Positions 12,189 to 26,240 of a DNA stretch of 64,000 bases are shown here, in pieces. Below the pieces are notes generated by a model. The model saw nothing but the letters and a program-made list of their open reading frames with translations, was not told the DNA's origin and searched no databases. Origin of the DNA: Escherichia coli (GTDB taxonomy: Bacteria > Pseudomonadota > Gammaproteobacteria > Enterobacterales > Enterobacteriaceae); the NCBI RefSeq assembly GCF_016903815.1, contig NZ_CP069973.1; one strand, written 5' to 3'. The first letter of the stretch is position 1; each line of letters begins with the position of its first letter. The position numbers and the translations under genes are program-made.

Positions 12189-12719
12189 TTAACCTCTTTT
12201 ACGTCGATAAGCAGATGCGTTTTGTGGTTTTGGCGTATTTTCCTGCAGTGACATCACCACACTCGCGAACTCTTTCATTACCCTACGGTAGACATCACGT
12301 TTAAATGACACCACCTGTCTGACCGGATACCAGTAACTTACCCATCGCCAGCCGTCAAACTCTGGTGTACTGCTGGTTTGCATATTGATTTCTGCATCGC
12401 CGCTCACCAGCTGCAAGAGAAACCATTTTTGTTTTTGGCCGATACAAACCGGCTTCGTGTCCCAACGCACCAAACGTTTCGGTAATTTGTAGCGCAACCA
12501 GTTACGCGTTGAAGCAAGGATTCGAACGTCTTTGCGGCTTAATCCTACTTCTTCAAACAATTCACGGTACATCGCCTGCTCTGCGGATTCTCCGGGGTTG
12601 ATTCCGCCTTGCGGAAATTGCCAGGAGTGCTGACCAAATCGCCGGGCCCACATTACCTGCCCCTGGCGATTACAAATCACGATACCTACGTTTGGGCGGT
12701 AGCCATCGTCATCAATCAC
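12189..12719 (-). CDS. rppH: RNA pyrophosphohydrolase (Nudix hydrolase RppH/NudH)
   Basis: 176-aa [30 protein letters not shown] and the Nudix box [23 protein letters not shown]. Confidence 0.93.
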
Positions 12720-12859
12720 CGGACTACCTCAATATAAAGCTTTATATATGAATGATTGTTTCATACTCCAGGAAGACGGTAAACCACTCTCTGCAGGGCA
12801 TTACACACTAATAACAATTGAATAACTCACAGTTATGTGCAGAGTTATAAACAGAGGAA

Positions 12860-13230
12860 GGGGTGGATAGCCGTTTTTATTCACCTTTTCTGTGGATAGA
12901 GTTGTGAAGAACTACGGAATTACTACGGGAAAACCCGGAGCATTCTGAATAAGCCCGATATAGACATTTTAAAATATTCATTATCAGTCAATGCATTACA
13001 TGTAATTTTAGTAATGAAAAAGAGTAATTCGTGACCCAGGTCACACCTCTCATTTACGGGTTGGCGAAAGATCAATCAATGCCGTATTTATCCACAGAAT
13101 GTGCCACTAAGTTAAGCACTGAACCACTAAAAACTGGAGTTTCGTCGCACGTCAAGGCTGTAAATGGAAACAGTAGTGGAGGTTTTTCACAGTTATCCCA
13201 GCTTTCTGTGGATAACATGGTGTAAGATCC
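12860..13230. promoter_or_regulatory. DnaA-box cluster in the rppH-mutH intergenic region, consistent with the DARS2 DnaA-reactivating sequence
   Basis: Perfect DnaA boxes TTATCCACA at 13088..13096 (+) and 13207..13215 (-), and an 8/9 box CTATCCACA at 12891..12899 (-). The literature places DARS2 between ygpD (rppH) and mutH. Confidence 0.65.
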
Positions 13231-13403
13231 TGTTTATTTTCAGTGACCAGATTTGGAAAACCCGTTGCAGTGTTGCGCAACTCGATTACCGGCAACCTAA
13301 AAAGCAATATAAATCAGAGAATTGAACAACGCATGTGGAAAAAGTTACACTGCGAATATTCGGCACATAATTGCTGTTTGTTTTTTAATCAAGGTATCAT
13401 GAC

Positions 13404-14093
13404 ATGTCCCAACCTCGCCCACTGCTCTCTCCTCCCGAAACTGAAGAACAGTTGTTAGCGCAAGCACAGCAACTTTCTGGTTATACATTGGGAGAACTGG
13501 CGGCACTTGTCGGGCTGGTTACGCCAGAGAATTTAAAACGCGATAAAGGCTGGATTGGCGTGTTACTGGAGATCTGGCTAGGTGCCAGCGCAGGGAGTAA
13601 ACCTGAGCAAGATTTTGCTGCTCTGGGCGTGGAACTTAAAACTATCCCTGTGGATAGTCTTGGTCGTCCGCTGGAAACAACATTCGTTTGTGTTGCCCCG
13701 TTAACGGGCAATAGCGGGGTGACCTGGGAAACCAGCCACGTGCGCCACAAACTCAAACGCGTACTGTGGATACCGGTTGAAGGCGAGCGCAGCATCCCGC
13801 TGGCGCAGCGTCGCGTTGGATCACCGTTGCTGTGGAGCCCGAATGAAGAGGAAGACCGGCAGCTACGCGAAGACTGGGAAGAATTAATGGATATGATTGT
13901 TCTCGGTCAGGTTGAGCGGATTACCGCTCGTCACGGGGAGTATTTACAGATACGACCGAAAGCAGCGAATGCGAAAGCGCTTACCGAAGCCATTGGTGCC
14001 CGGGGCGAACGGATTCTGACGCTGCCACGCGGCTTTTATTTGAAGAAGAATTTCACCAGTGCACTACTGGCCCGTCATTTTCTGATCCAGTAG
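13404..14093 (+). CDS. mutH: DNA mismatch repair endonuclease MutH
   Basis: 229-aa [41 protein letters not shown]. Confidence 0.94.
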   Translation: MSQPRPLLSPPETEEQLLAQAQQLSGYTLGELAALVGLVTPENLKRDKGWIGVLLEIWLGASAGSKPEQDFAALGVELKTIPVDSLGRPLETTFVCVAPLTGNSGVTWETSHVRHKLKRVLWIPVEGERSIPLAQRRVGSPLLWSPNEEEDRQLREDWEELMDMIVLGQVERITARHGEYLQIRPKAANAKALTEAIGARGERILTLPRGFYLKKNFTSALLARHFLIQ

Positions 14094-14161
14094 CCATCGC
14101 TTTGACCTGCCGCTTTCCGGGCATATAATTACCGCTTCATTTTTTTGGCAGGGCTTTTTAG

Positions 14162-14875
14162 ATGTTATTTGCATGGATAACCGATCCTAACGCCTGGCTT
14201 GCGCTCGGTACGCTGACGCTGCTGGAGATCGTTCTTGGGATCGACAATATTATTTTCCTTTCTCTGGTGGTGGCAAAGCTTCCCACAGCACAACGTGCTC
14301 ATGCGCGCCGTCTGGGGTTGGCGGGAGCCATGGTTATGCGTCTGGCGCTGCTGGCATCAATCGCCTGGGTTACGCGCCTGACAAATCCGCTTTTTACAAT
14401 ATTCAGTCAGGAAATTTCTGCCCGTGACTTGATTCTGCTTCTGGGTGGCTTGTTCCTTATCTGGAAAGCCAGCAAGGAAATCCACGAATCCATTGAAGGT
14501 GAAGAAGAAGGGCTGAAAACACGCGTTTCATCATTCCTCGGCGCTATCGTGCAGATTATGCTGCTGGATATTATCTTCAGCCTCGACTCGGTGATTACCG
14601 CTGTGGGTCTGTCAGATCACCTGTTTATTATGATGGCAGCCGTGGTGATTGCCGTAGGCGTGATGATGTTCGCCGCGCGCTCGATTGGTGATTTTGTCGA
14701 ACGCCATCCTTCGGTAAAAATGCTGGCGCTCTCTTTCCTGATTCTGGTGGGCTTTACCCTGATTCTGGAAAGTTTCGACATCCACGTACCGAAAGGTTAC
14801 ATCTACTTCGCGATGTTCTTCTCTATTGCGGTTGAAAGCCTCAACCTGATTCGCAACAAAAAGAACCCGCTCTGA
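14162..14875 (+). CDS. ygdQ: TerC-family / UPF0053 inner membrane protein
   Basis: 237-aa polytopic membrane ORF directly downstream of mutH, as in K-12. Confidence 0.8.
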
Positions 14876-15012
14876 TACTCCGTACGCTCTCCTGCGGGAG
14901 GGCGTACTCACTCCTGTTACCCTCACAGTTTAAGATTTTCCTGCTTTCAAGATATATAACGTCAGTTTATAAACAGACTATTATCATAGGTGGGCCAAAT
15001 GAGGATAACCGG

Positions 15013-15231
15013 ATGAAAAAATGGGCAGTAATAATTTCTGCAGTCGGACTGGCGTTTGCTGTTTCCGGGTGTTCCAGTGATTACGTCATGGCGACCAAAG
15101 ATGGCCGTATGATTTTGACCGATGGAAAACCTGAAATTGATGATGATACCGGGCTGGTGAGTTATCACGATCAGCAAGGTAACGCGATGCAAATTAACCG
15201 TGATGATGTTTCGCAAATTATTGAACGTTAA
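15013..15231 (+). CDS. ygdR: Small lipoprotein YgdR
   Basis: 72-aa [27 protein letters not shown] contains a lipobox (VSGC). Confidence 0.8.
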
Positions 15232-15338
15232 CAAATAAGGTCAGCATCCGGCTGGCCTTAAGATTTTTCTCTTTCCCTTTTCCCTTCCCTCTGCCATTTT
15301 TATATTCCTTATGTCGTGATTATAAAAAGGAAACGGCT

Positions 15339-16379
15339 ATGCAATATCACCGTATACCCCACAGTTCGCTGGAAGTCAGCACGCTGGGGCTTGGCACGAT
15401 GACGTTTGGTGAACAGAACAGCGAAGCCGACGCCCACGCACAACTCGACTATGCCGTCGCTCAGGGCATTAACCTTATCGACGTTGCCGAAATGTACCCA
15501 GTACCTCCGCGCCCCGAAACGCAAGGGTTAACCGAAACCTACGTCGGCAACTGGCTGGCGAAACATGGCAGCCGCGAAAAGTTAATTATCGCCTCCAAAG
15601 TGAGCGGACCGTCGCGCAATAATGACAAGGGCATCCGCCCGGATCAGGCGCTGGATCGGAAGAATATCCGCGAAGCGTTGCATGACAGCCTCAAGCGTCT
15701 GCAGACTGATTACCTCGATCTTTATCAGGTGCACTGGCCGCAGCGCCCAACCAACTGCTTCGGCAAACTCGGTTATAGCTGGACAGATTCTGCGCCTGCG
15801 GTTTCGCTGCTGGATACGCTGGACGCACTGGCAGAGTACCAACGAGCGGGAAAAATTCGTTATATCGGCGTGTCGAACGAAACTGCATTTGGCGTAATGC
15901 GCTACCTGCATCTGGCGGACAAACACGATCTGCCGCGCATTGTCACCATTCAGAACCCTTACAGTCTGTTAAACCGCAGTTTTGAAGTAGGTCTGGCAGA
16001 AGTCAGCCAGTATGAAGGGATCGAACTGCTGGCCTATTCGTGCCTGGGTTTCGGCACGCTGACCGGGAAATATCTCAACGGTGCAAAACCCGCTGGCGCA
16101 CGTAATACGCTCTTTAGTCGGTTCACCCGCTATAGCGGTGAGCAAACGCAAAAAGCCGTCGCGGCGTATGTTGATATCGCCAGACGTCATGGACTGGATC
16201 CTGCTCAGATGGCGCTCGCTTTTGTACGTCGTCAACCGTTTGTTGCCAGCACTCTGCTGGGCGCAACCACGATGGAGCAGCTGAAAACTAACGTCGAAAG
16301 TTTGCATCTGGAGTTGAGCGAAGACGTATTAGCTGAAATTGAAGCGGTGCATCAGGTTTATACGTATCCTGCACCATAA
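15339..16379 (+). CDS. tas: Aldo-keto reductase Tas (NADP(H)-dependent)
   Basis: 346-aa ORF; MQYHRIPHSSLEVSTLGLGTMTFGEQNSEADAHAQLDYAVAQGINLIDVAEMYP is an aldo-keto reductase fold. Confidence 0.9.
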   Translation: MQYHRIPHSSLEVSTLGLGTMTFGEQNSEADAHAQLDYAVAQGINLIDVAEMYPVPPRPETQGLTETYVGNWLAKHGSREKLIIASKVSGPSRNNDKGIRPDQALDRKNIREALHDSLKRLQTDYLDLYQVHWPQRPTNCFGKLGYSWTDSAPAVSLLDTLDALAEYQRAGKIRYIGVSNETAFGVMRYLHLADKHDLPRIVTIQNPYSLLNRSFEVGLAEVSQYEGIELLAYSCLGFGTLTGKYLNGAKPAGARNTLFSRFTRYSGEQTQKAVAAYVDIARRHGLDPAQMALAFVRRQPFVASTLLGATTMEQLKTNVESLHLELSEDVLAEIEAVHQVYTYPAP

Positions 16380-16410
16380 GATTAACGCCGGTTAAAACCG
16401 GCGTTAAATA

Positions 16411-19777
<3,367 letters not shown>

Positions 19778-19843
19778 TCAGTAAAAGCGAATGGAGGGAG
19801 ATTACACGAGATAAAGAACGCGAGCGACAGTAAATTAGGTGCG

Positions 19844-19931
19844 AAAAAAAACCTGCGCATCCGCGCAGGTTGGTGCAAGAGACAGGGTACGAAGAGCGTA
19901 CCGAATAATCTCACCAATCAATACCTCTGGG
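19844..19931 (-). ncRNA. omrA: OmrA small RNA (RygA)
   Basis: The minus-strand sequence CCCAGAGGTATTGATTGGTGAGATTATTCGGTACGCTCTTCGTACCCTGTCTCTTGCACCAACCTGCGCGGATGCGCAGG followed by a U-run matches OmrA, with a terminator hairpin, in the aas-galR intergenic region. Confidence 0.85.
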
Positions 19932-20045
19932 ATCTTGATTGTGGTCTGCACGACGACTCTTCGCCAGCGAGAAAACGCAAAGGAATGAAGGGAAATGCAA
20001 CGAGGTGTGTAAATTGTCGGTTACTGTTACAGATTGATGACCGGC

Positions 20046-20128
20046 AAAAAAAAACCTGCGCATCTGCGCAGGCTGGTGTAATTCATGTGCTCAACCCGAA
20101 GTTGACTTCACCTATCAATACCTCTGGG
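20046..20128 (-). ncRNA. omrB: OmrB small RNA (RygB)
   Basis: The minus-strand sequence CCCAGAGGTATTGATAGGTGAAGTCAACTTCGGGTTGAGCACATGAATTACACCAGCCTGCGCAGATGCGCAGG followed by a U-run shares its 5' and 3' ends with OmrA. Confidence 0.85.
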
Positions 20129-20341
20129 ATCACCACTTTAGCAACCTGAAGCCAAACGCCACCAGCGGTCAATCGCAACAGCGTTTCGCAAAGTGTAACC
20201 AAAGGTTTGCAATCTCTTTTTTTGTCTTACTTATTTGCGTTTGGCTCACATTCCCACGATGAAAACACGCCACCCCTTGAACCAACGGGCGTTTTCCGTA
20301 ACACTGAAAGAATGTAAGCGTTTACCCACTAAGGTATTTTC

Positions 20342-21373
20342 ATGGCGACCATAAAGGATGTAGCCCGACTGGCAGGCGTTTCAGTCGCCACCGTTTCCCG
20401 CGTCATTAATAATTCACCTAAAGCCAGTGAAGCTTCCCGGCTGGCTGTGCATAGTGCAATGGAGTCTCTTAGCTATCACCCGAACGCCAACGCCCGTGCG
20501 CTGGCGCAGCAGACCACTGAAACGGTCGGTCTGATCGTTGGTGATGTTTCCGATCCGTTTTTCGGTGCAATGGTGAAAGCGGTCGAACAGGTGGCTTATC
20601 ACACCGGTAATTTCTTATTGATTGGCAACGGTTACCACAACGAACAAAAAGAGCGTCAGGCTATTGAGCAACTGATCCGCCATCGCTGTGCTGCGTTGGT
20701 CGTCCATGCCAAAATGATCCCGGATGCCGATTTAGCCTCATTAATGAAACAAATGCCCGGTATGGTGCTGATCAACCGTATCCTGCCTGGCTTTGAAAAC
20801 CGTTGTATTGCTCTTGACGATCGTTACGGTGCCTGGCTGGCAACGCGTCATTTAATTCAGCAAGGTCATACCCGCATTGGTTATCTGTGCTCTAACCACT
20901 CTATTTCTGACGCCGAAGATCGTCTGCAAGGGTATTACGATGCCCTTGCTGAAAGTGGTATTGCGGCCAATGACCGGCTGGTGACATTTGGCGAACCAGA
21001 CGAAAGCGGCGGCGAACAGGCAATGACCGAGCTTTTGGGACGAGGAAGAAATTTCACTGCGGTAGCCTGTTATAACGATTCAATGGCGGCGGGTGCGATG
21101 GGCGTTCTCAATGATAATGGTATTGATGTACCGGGTGAGATTTCGTTAATTGGCTTTGATGATGTGCTGGTGTCACGCTATGTGCGTCCGCGCCTGACCA
21201 CCGTGCGTTACCCAATCGTGACGATGGCGACCCAGGCTGCCGAACTGGCTTTGGCGCTGGCGGATAATCGCCCTCTCCCGGAAATCACTAATGTCTTTAG
21301 TCCGACGCTGGTACGTCGTCATTCAGTGTCAACTCCGTCGCTGGAGGCAAGTCATCATGCAACCAGCGACTAA
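20342..21373 (+). CDS. galR: Galactose operon repressor GalR (LacI family)
   Basis: 343-aa ORF; MATIKDVARLAGVSVATVSRVINNSPKASEASRLAVHSAMESLSYHPNANARALAQQ. Confidence 0.93.
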   Translation: MATIKDVARLAGVSVATVSRVINNSPKASEASRLAVHSAMESLSYHPNANARALAQQTTETVGLIVGDVSDPFFGAMVKAVEQVAYHTGNFLLIGNGYHNEQKERQAIEQLIRHRCAALVVHAKMIPDADLASLMKQMPGMVLINRILPGFENRCIALDDRYGAWLATRHLIQQGHTRIGYLCSNHSISDAEDRLQGYYDALAESGIAANDRLVTFGEPDESGGEQAMTELLGRGRNFTAVACYNDSMAAGAMGVLNDNGIDVPGEISLIGFDDVLVSRYVRPRLTTVRYPIVTMATQAAELALALADNRPLPEITNVFSPTLVRRHSVSTPSLEASHHATSD

Positions 21374-21379
21374 CCGCAG

Positions 21380-22642
21380 TTAAAGCAATTCCAGCGCCAG
21401 TAATTCTTCGATGGTCTGGCGACGGCGAATCAACCGCGCCTGACCATTATCAAACAGAACTTCTGGTAACAGCGGACGGCTATTGTAGTTGGATGACATT
21501 GATGCGCCATATGCCCCTGTATCATGCAGTACCAGATAATCACCTGCCTTCACTTCCGGCAAGGCGCGGGTTTCAACATTTCCCCCTTCCTGCTGGGTAA
21601 AGACATCGCCCGATTCACATAACGGTCCGGCGACGACGGTTTCCACCGTTGGCGCGTGTTCCAGAGAACGACCATCAGCTGCCAGGGCACTGATATGGTG
21701 GTAACTACCGTACATTGCCGGGCGCATCAGATCGTTGAACCCGGCATCAACCAGCACAAAGTGGCGGCTCCCCATTTGTTTGACGCTCCGCACCTGAGTA
21801 ATTAATACGCCAGACTGCGCTACCAGGAAGCGACCCGGTTCAATTTCCAGTTTCACAGGGTGGCCCAAATGGCGGGCGATTTGCTCACGCGCGGCATTCC
21901 ACAGACCATAATAATGTTCGGTATCAACCGCCTCTTCACCCTGTTGATAAGGAACAGAAAGCCCACCGCCCGCAGAAATAGCCTGTAAATCCTGACCGAA
22001 TTCGATGACCTGACGCACCATAGCACCACACACCTGTTCCAGATGGGCATAATCAACGCCAGAACCAATGTGCATGTGAATGCCGACCAGCTGCAGATGA
22101 TGACGTTGTATCACGTCCAGTGCGGCGGGCAGATCGGTGTACCAGATACCGTGCTTGCTGTTTTCGCCACCGGTATTGGTTTTTTGGCTATGTCCGTGAC
22201 CAAACCCCGGATTAACGCGCAGCCATACCCGATGCCCTGGCGAAACCTGGCCCAGTTGGTCGAGCATATCAACAGAACCCGCATTCACCGGAATTTGCAA
22301 TTCACTGACGCGTTCAAGCGTCGCCTGATCGATAACATCTGCCGTAAAAACAATATCATCGGGGTGCGTTTGCGGATTGTAACCCGCCGCCAACGCACGC
22401 TCTATTTCGCCTAACGAGACGGAATCCACTTTCACGCCCTGCTCACGCATTAAGCGCAAAATATGAATATTGGAACAGGCTTTCTGTGCAAAGCGCACCA
22501 CATCAAACTGTTTCAGCGCTGCAATCTGCCGACGAATAATTTGCGCATCGTAGACCCACACCGGGCAGCCAAATTCAGCGGGCAAACGCAGCAGATTTTC
22601 GGCGGTGAGATCGGTATCGGTGCTGAACAGTGAATGTGGCAT
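21380..22642 (-). CDS. lysA: Diaminopimelate decarboxylase
   Basis: Start at the internal Met MPHSLFSTDTDLTAENLLRLPAEFGCPVWVYDAQ gives 420 aa. The 15-codon upstream extension in the track ORF is rejected. Confidence 0.92.
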   Translation of the reverse strand: MPHSLFSTDTDLTAENLLRLPAEFGCPVWVYDAQIIRRQIAALKQFDVVRFAQKACSNIHILRLMREQGVKVDSVSLGEIERALAAGYNPQTHPDDIVFTADVIDQATLERVSELQIPVNAGSVDMLDQLGQVSPGHRVWLRVNPGFGHGHSQKTNTGGENSKHGIWYTDLPAALDVIQRHHLQLVGIHMHIGSGVDYAHLEQVCGAMVRQVIEFGQDLQAISAGGGLSVPYQQGEEAVDTEHYYGLWNAAREQIARHLGHPVKLEIEPGRFLVAQSGVLITQVRSVKQMGSRHFVLVDAGFNDLMRPAMYGSYHHISALAADGRSLEHAPTVETVVAGPLCESGDVFTQQEGGNVETRALPEVKAGDYLVLHDTGAYGASMSSNYNSRPLLPEVLFDNGQARLIRRRQTIEELLALELL

Positions 22643-22764
22643 AGCAAACTCCAGATAAGTGCTTTTTTTATGATTACGCCACATCATAAAAAGAATAAAA
22701 AATATCGATTTATGTCGAGTCTATGCAAAAATGATATGGATTACCGGATTGCGAGAGAGCGCTA

Positions 22765-23700
22765 ATGGCCGCCGTTAACTTACGTCATATTGAAATTTTT
22801 CATGCGGTAATGACCGCCGGAAGTCTGACTGAGGCGGCACACCTGCTACACACCTCACAGCCAACCGTCAGCCGCGAACTGGCGCGCTTTGAGAAGGTGA
22901 TCGGGCTGAAATTGTTTGAGCGCGTACGTGGACGATTACATCCTACCGTGCAAGGACTGCGTCTGTTTGAAGAAGTGCAACGATCCTGGTACGGACTGGA
23001 TCGCATTGTCAGCGCCGCAGAAAGTCTGCGCGAGTTTCGCCAGGGAGAACTGTCTATTGCCTGCCTGCCGGTCTTTTCGCAATCTTTTTTACCGCAGCTC
23101 CTGCAACCCTTTCTGGCACGTTATCCCGATGTCAGCTTAAATATCGTGCCCCAGGAATCACCGCTACTTGAAGAGTGGCTCTCGGCCCAGCGTCATGATT
23201 TAGGACTCACTGAGACGCTCCATACGCCTGCGGGAACAGAACGTACCGAATTACTCTCTTTAGATGAAGTGTGTGTGTTACCTCCGGGTCATCCGCTGGC
23301 GGTAAAAAAGGTATTAACGCCAGAAGATTTTCACGGTGAGAACTACATCAGCCTTTCCCGTACTGACAGCTATCGCCAGTTGCTGGATCAATTGTTTACG
23401 GAGAATCAGGTTAAACGACGCATGATCGTAGAAACCCACAGTGCCGCGTCAGTCTGCGCAATGGTACGGGCGGGGGTAGGTGTTTCGGTGGTTAACCCGC
23501 TCACCGCACTGGATTATGCGGCAAGCGGTTTAGTGGTGCGGCGGTTCAGTATTGCGGTTCCGTTCACCGTCAGCCTGATCCGCCCCCTGCACCGCCCGTC
23601 ATCAGCGCTGGTTCAGGCGTTTAGTGAGCATTTACAAGCGGGGTTACCGAAACTGGTCACTTCTCTTGACGCGATTTTGTCGTCAGCTACGACAGCATAA
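22765..23700 (+). CDS. lysR: LysR transcriptional activator of lysA
   Basis: 311-aa ORF divergent from lys[44 protein letters not shown] is an HTH LysR domain. Confidence 0.92.
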
Positions 23701-24379
23701 AAGCGACAGCATCCTCGGCATGGATCGCCGCAGTATCAAACACAGGCAAAACACTGCGCTCTTCTGGCACCAGTAAACCAATTTCTGTGCAGCCAAAAAT
23801 GACGCCCTGTGCGCCCTGTTCTGCAAGGCGAGCAATCACTTGCGCATAATAAGCGCGTGACGCTTCGGTAAATTGCCCCAGACACAGTTCTTCAAAAATA
23901 ATCTGATTAATCTTCGCCCGTTCATCCGCTTCAGGAATAAGACAGTTGATGGAAAATTGTTCCGTCAGCCGCCCGCGATAAAAATCCTGTTCCATGGTGT
24001 AACGCGTACCCAGCAGCGCCACACGAGTCATTCCTGCCCCGGTAATTGCACGTCCAGTGGCGTCCGCTATGTGTAAGAAAGGCAGAGAGCAACGAGACTC
24101 AATGACATCCGCCACTTTATGCATCGTATTGGTACATAACACAATGCCTTCTGCGCCCGCCCGCTGTAAGCCAAACGCCGCCTCAGCCAGAATATCCCCG
24201 GTTTTGTCCCACTCACCGCGACGCTGGCACTCTTCTATTTCATGAAAATCGACGCTATGTAGCAGCACTTGCGCAGAGTGAAGCCCACCAAGCCGCTGTT
24301 TAATGCCTTCATTTATCAAACGATAGTAAGGAATAGTGGATTCCCAACTCATTCCTCCCAGCAAACCAATTGTTTTCAT
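23687..24379 (-). CDS. ygeA: Asp/Glu/hydantoin racemase-family protein (amino-acid racemase YgeA)
   Basis: Internal start [48 protein letters not shown] gives 230 aa. The long upstream extension of the 355-aa track ORF is rejected. Confidence 0.85.
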
Positions 24380-24464
24380 TCCTCTCTCCTGATGTGTGTT
24401 ACCGCAACAAGGCTGAATAAGGAACGAGACAAACGCCTCAACGGCCAGGTGCCCAATCTCTATT

Positions 24465-24501
24465 AACGAAAAAAGGGCCGGATGTACAGCACATCCGGCC
24501 C
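24465..24501 (-). terminator. Rho-independent terminator of araE
   Basis: Hairpin gggccggatgtacagcacatccggccc (24475..24501) with an A-run on the + strand, which is a T-run on the minus-strand transcript, immediately 3' of araE. Confidence 0.6.
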
Positions 24502-24507
24502 GTGAAA

Positions 24508-25926
24508 TCAGACGCCGATATTTCTCAACTTCTCGCCTGCCATCAGTTTGCGTTCGATATGTTCCAGGGTGACATTTTTGGTTTCCGGAATGAGCCAGAA
24601 AGTGATGCCCACAAACGCAATGTTCAGCGCAGTGTAGAGCCAGAACGTACCGGCAGCGCCAATGCTGTCGAGCAGCGTCAGGAAGGTCGCGCCGATAATC
24701 ATATTCGACACCCAGTTCGTGGTGGTCGAACAGGTAATACCGAAATCGCGGCATTTCAGCGGCTGAATTTCAGAGCACAGGATCCACACCACTGGCGCGG
24801 CGCTCATCGCATAACCGGCAATACACATCATCGTCATGCCAACAGAGAGCCATGACAGGCCACTGGAAGCCGTGCCGTTATCAAACTGCATCAGACAATA
24901 GCCCAGCACCAGAGTGCCTAACGCCATCACGCTGAAACCAATTTTCAGAGCCGGTTTACGCCCTGCTTTATCTACCGTAAACACCGCAATAAAGGTGGCG
25001 AACATAAAGGTCAGCCCTACGACCAGAGTCGCAATCATCTGTTGTTCTGTCGTCGTAAAGCCCGCCATTTTGAAGATACGTGGCGCGTAGTACATGATGA
25101 TGTTCATACCGGTAAACTGCTGCATCGCCTGCAACAACATACCGAGAAACACAGCACGACGGACGTTACGGTTGATCTTAAACAGTGCCCAACCGCCCTG
25201 TTTTAACTTCAGGCTTTCACGAATTTCGTTGAGTTCTTCTCGCGCTTTTTCCGACGTATCGCGCAGCATACGCAATACTTCTTCCGCCTCAATATGACGC
25301 CCCTTTTCCGCCAGCCAGCGCGGGCTATTTGGCAGGAAGACCACCAGAATAATCAGCAGGACTGCTGGTAAAGCAAGAACCCCCAACATTGCGCGCCAGT
25401 TACCGCTATAACTGAACGCTGTATCGGATAAAAACGCCAGCACGATGCCGAGTGTGACCATCAACTGGTACATACTGATCATCTTACCGCGAACGTTTTC
25501 ACTTGCCATTTCAGAAAGATACAGAGGAGCGGTGTAAGAGGCGATCCCGACAGCAATGCCCAGCACCACACGAGCGGCGATTAACATCTCTACGCTGGTC
25601 GCAAAAGCGGACCCTATCGAGCCGAGCACAAACAGGATGGCCCCCGCCATCAGGCTGTATTTACGCCCCAGGCGGAACGACAGCCAACCATTAAACAGCG
25701 CACCAATTGCTGCGCCGAGCATCATGCTACTGACCACCCATTCCTGCAAACGGCTGGTCAGCACAAAGTGATCGGTAATGAACGGCAACGCTCCGGCGAT
25801 TACGCCGATATCAAGACCAAATAACAATCCTGCGACCGCAGCAGCTACCGAAACAAACATATTCATACGCCGCGTATCCCGCAAAGAACGTGGCGTTAAA
25901 GCAGATTCCGTATTGATAGTAACCAT
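24508..25926 (-). CDS. araE: Arabinose:H+ symporter (MFS sugar transporter)
   Basis: Start [50 protein letters not shown] gives 472 aa. The upstream extension of the 515-aa track ORF is rejected. Confidence 0.92.
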
Positions 25927-26142
25927 TTTTTCCTGCCAGCAGAGAGTAAGACATAGTGAAAAAATACGTGAACAATTCACACAGGTGTCAGGTCGGAAAT
26001 AGCATAAATATGGATTAAATTGCTGCGACATGTCGTTATGTGATGGATATTCCAATTTTCAAATTAAGTTGAATTATTGAGATTATTATTAACCAACTAA
26101 TTTTAAAGAAGATAAAATTCATAAAGTTCATTAATTGATAAT

Positions 26143-26178
26143 TGATATGGATTATTTCATAACCATGATATGGATTAT
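26143..26178 (-). promoter_or_regulatory. Direct repeat of TATGGATTA-type half-sites upstream of araE (candidate AraC-binding site)
   Basis: gatatggattat occurs twice in direct orientation (about 26144 and 26167) upstream of the araE start. It resembles the AraC half-site core TATGGATAA. This has not been verified. Confidence 0.35.
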
Positions 26179-26194
26179 GATGATCTACAGGTAT

Positions 26195-26222
26195 AAAAAA
26201 CCCTGCCATGCGGCAGGGTCAT
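26195..26222 (-). terminator. Rho-independent terminator of kduD
   Basis: Hairpin ccctgccatgcggcaggg with a flanking A-run (a T-run on the minus-strand transcript), 3' of the kduD stop. Confidence 0.6.
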
Positions 26223-26240
26223 AAAAGTAAGAAGAATGAA

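Noticed and set aside
13031-13458. Short ORFs 13031..13225 and 13243..13458 in the rppH-mutH spacer
   Set aside because: They have a non-ATG or weak start and lie across the DnaA-box cluster. The region is better explained as regulatory DNA, although a small annotated K-12 peptide here cannot be excluded.
22643-22687. Upstream extensions of several track ORFs (lysA 435 aa, araE 515 aa, ygeA 355 aa, ppdB 267 aa, gcvT 418 aa, pepP 512 aa, dsbC 245 aa, rpiA 243 aa)
   Set aside because: In each case an internal Met gives the well-known N-terminus and length. The extensions overlap neighbouring genes or promoters.
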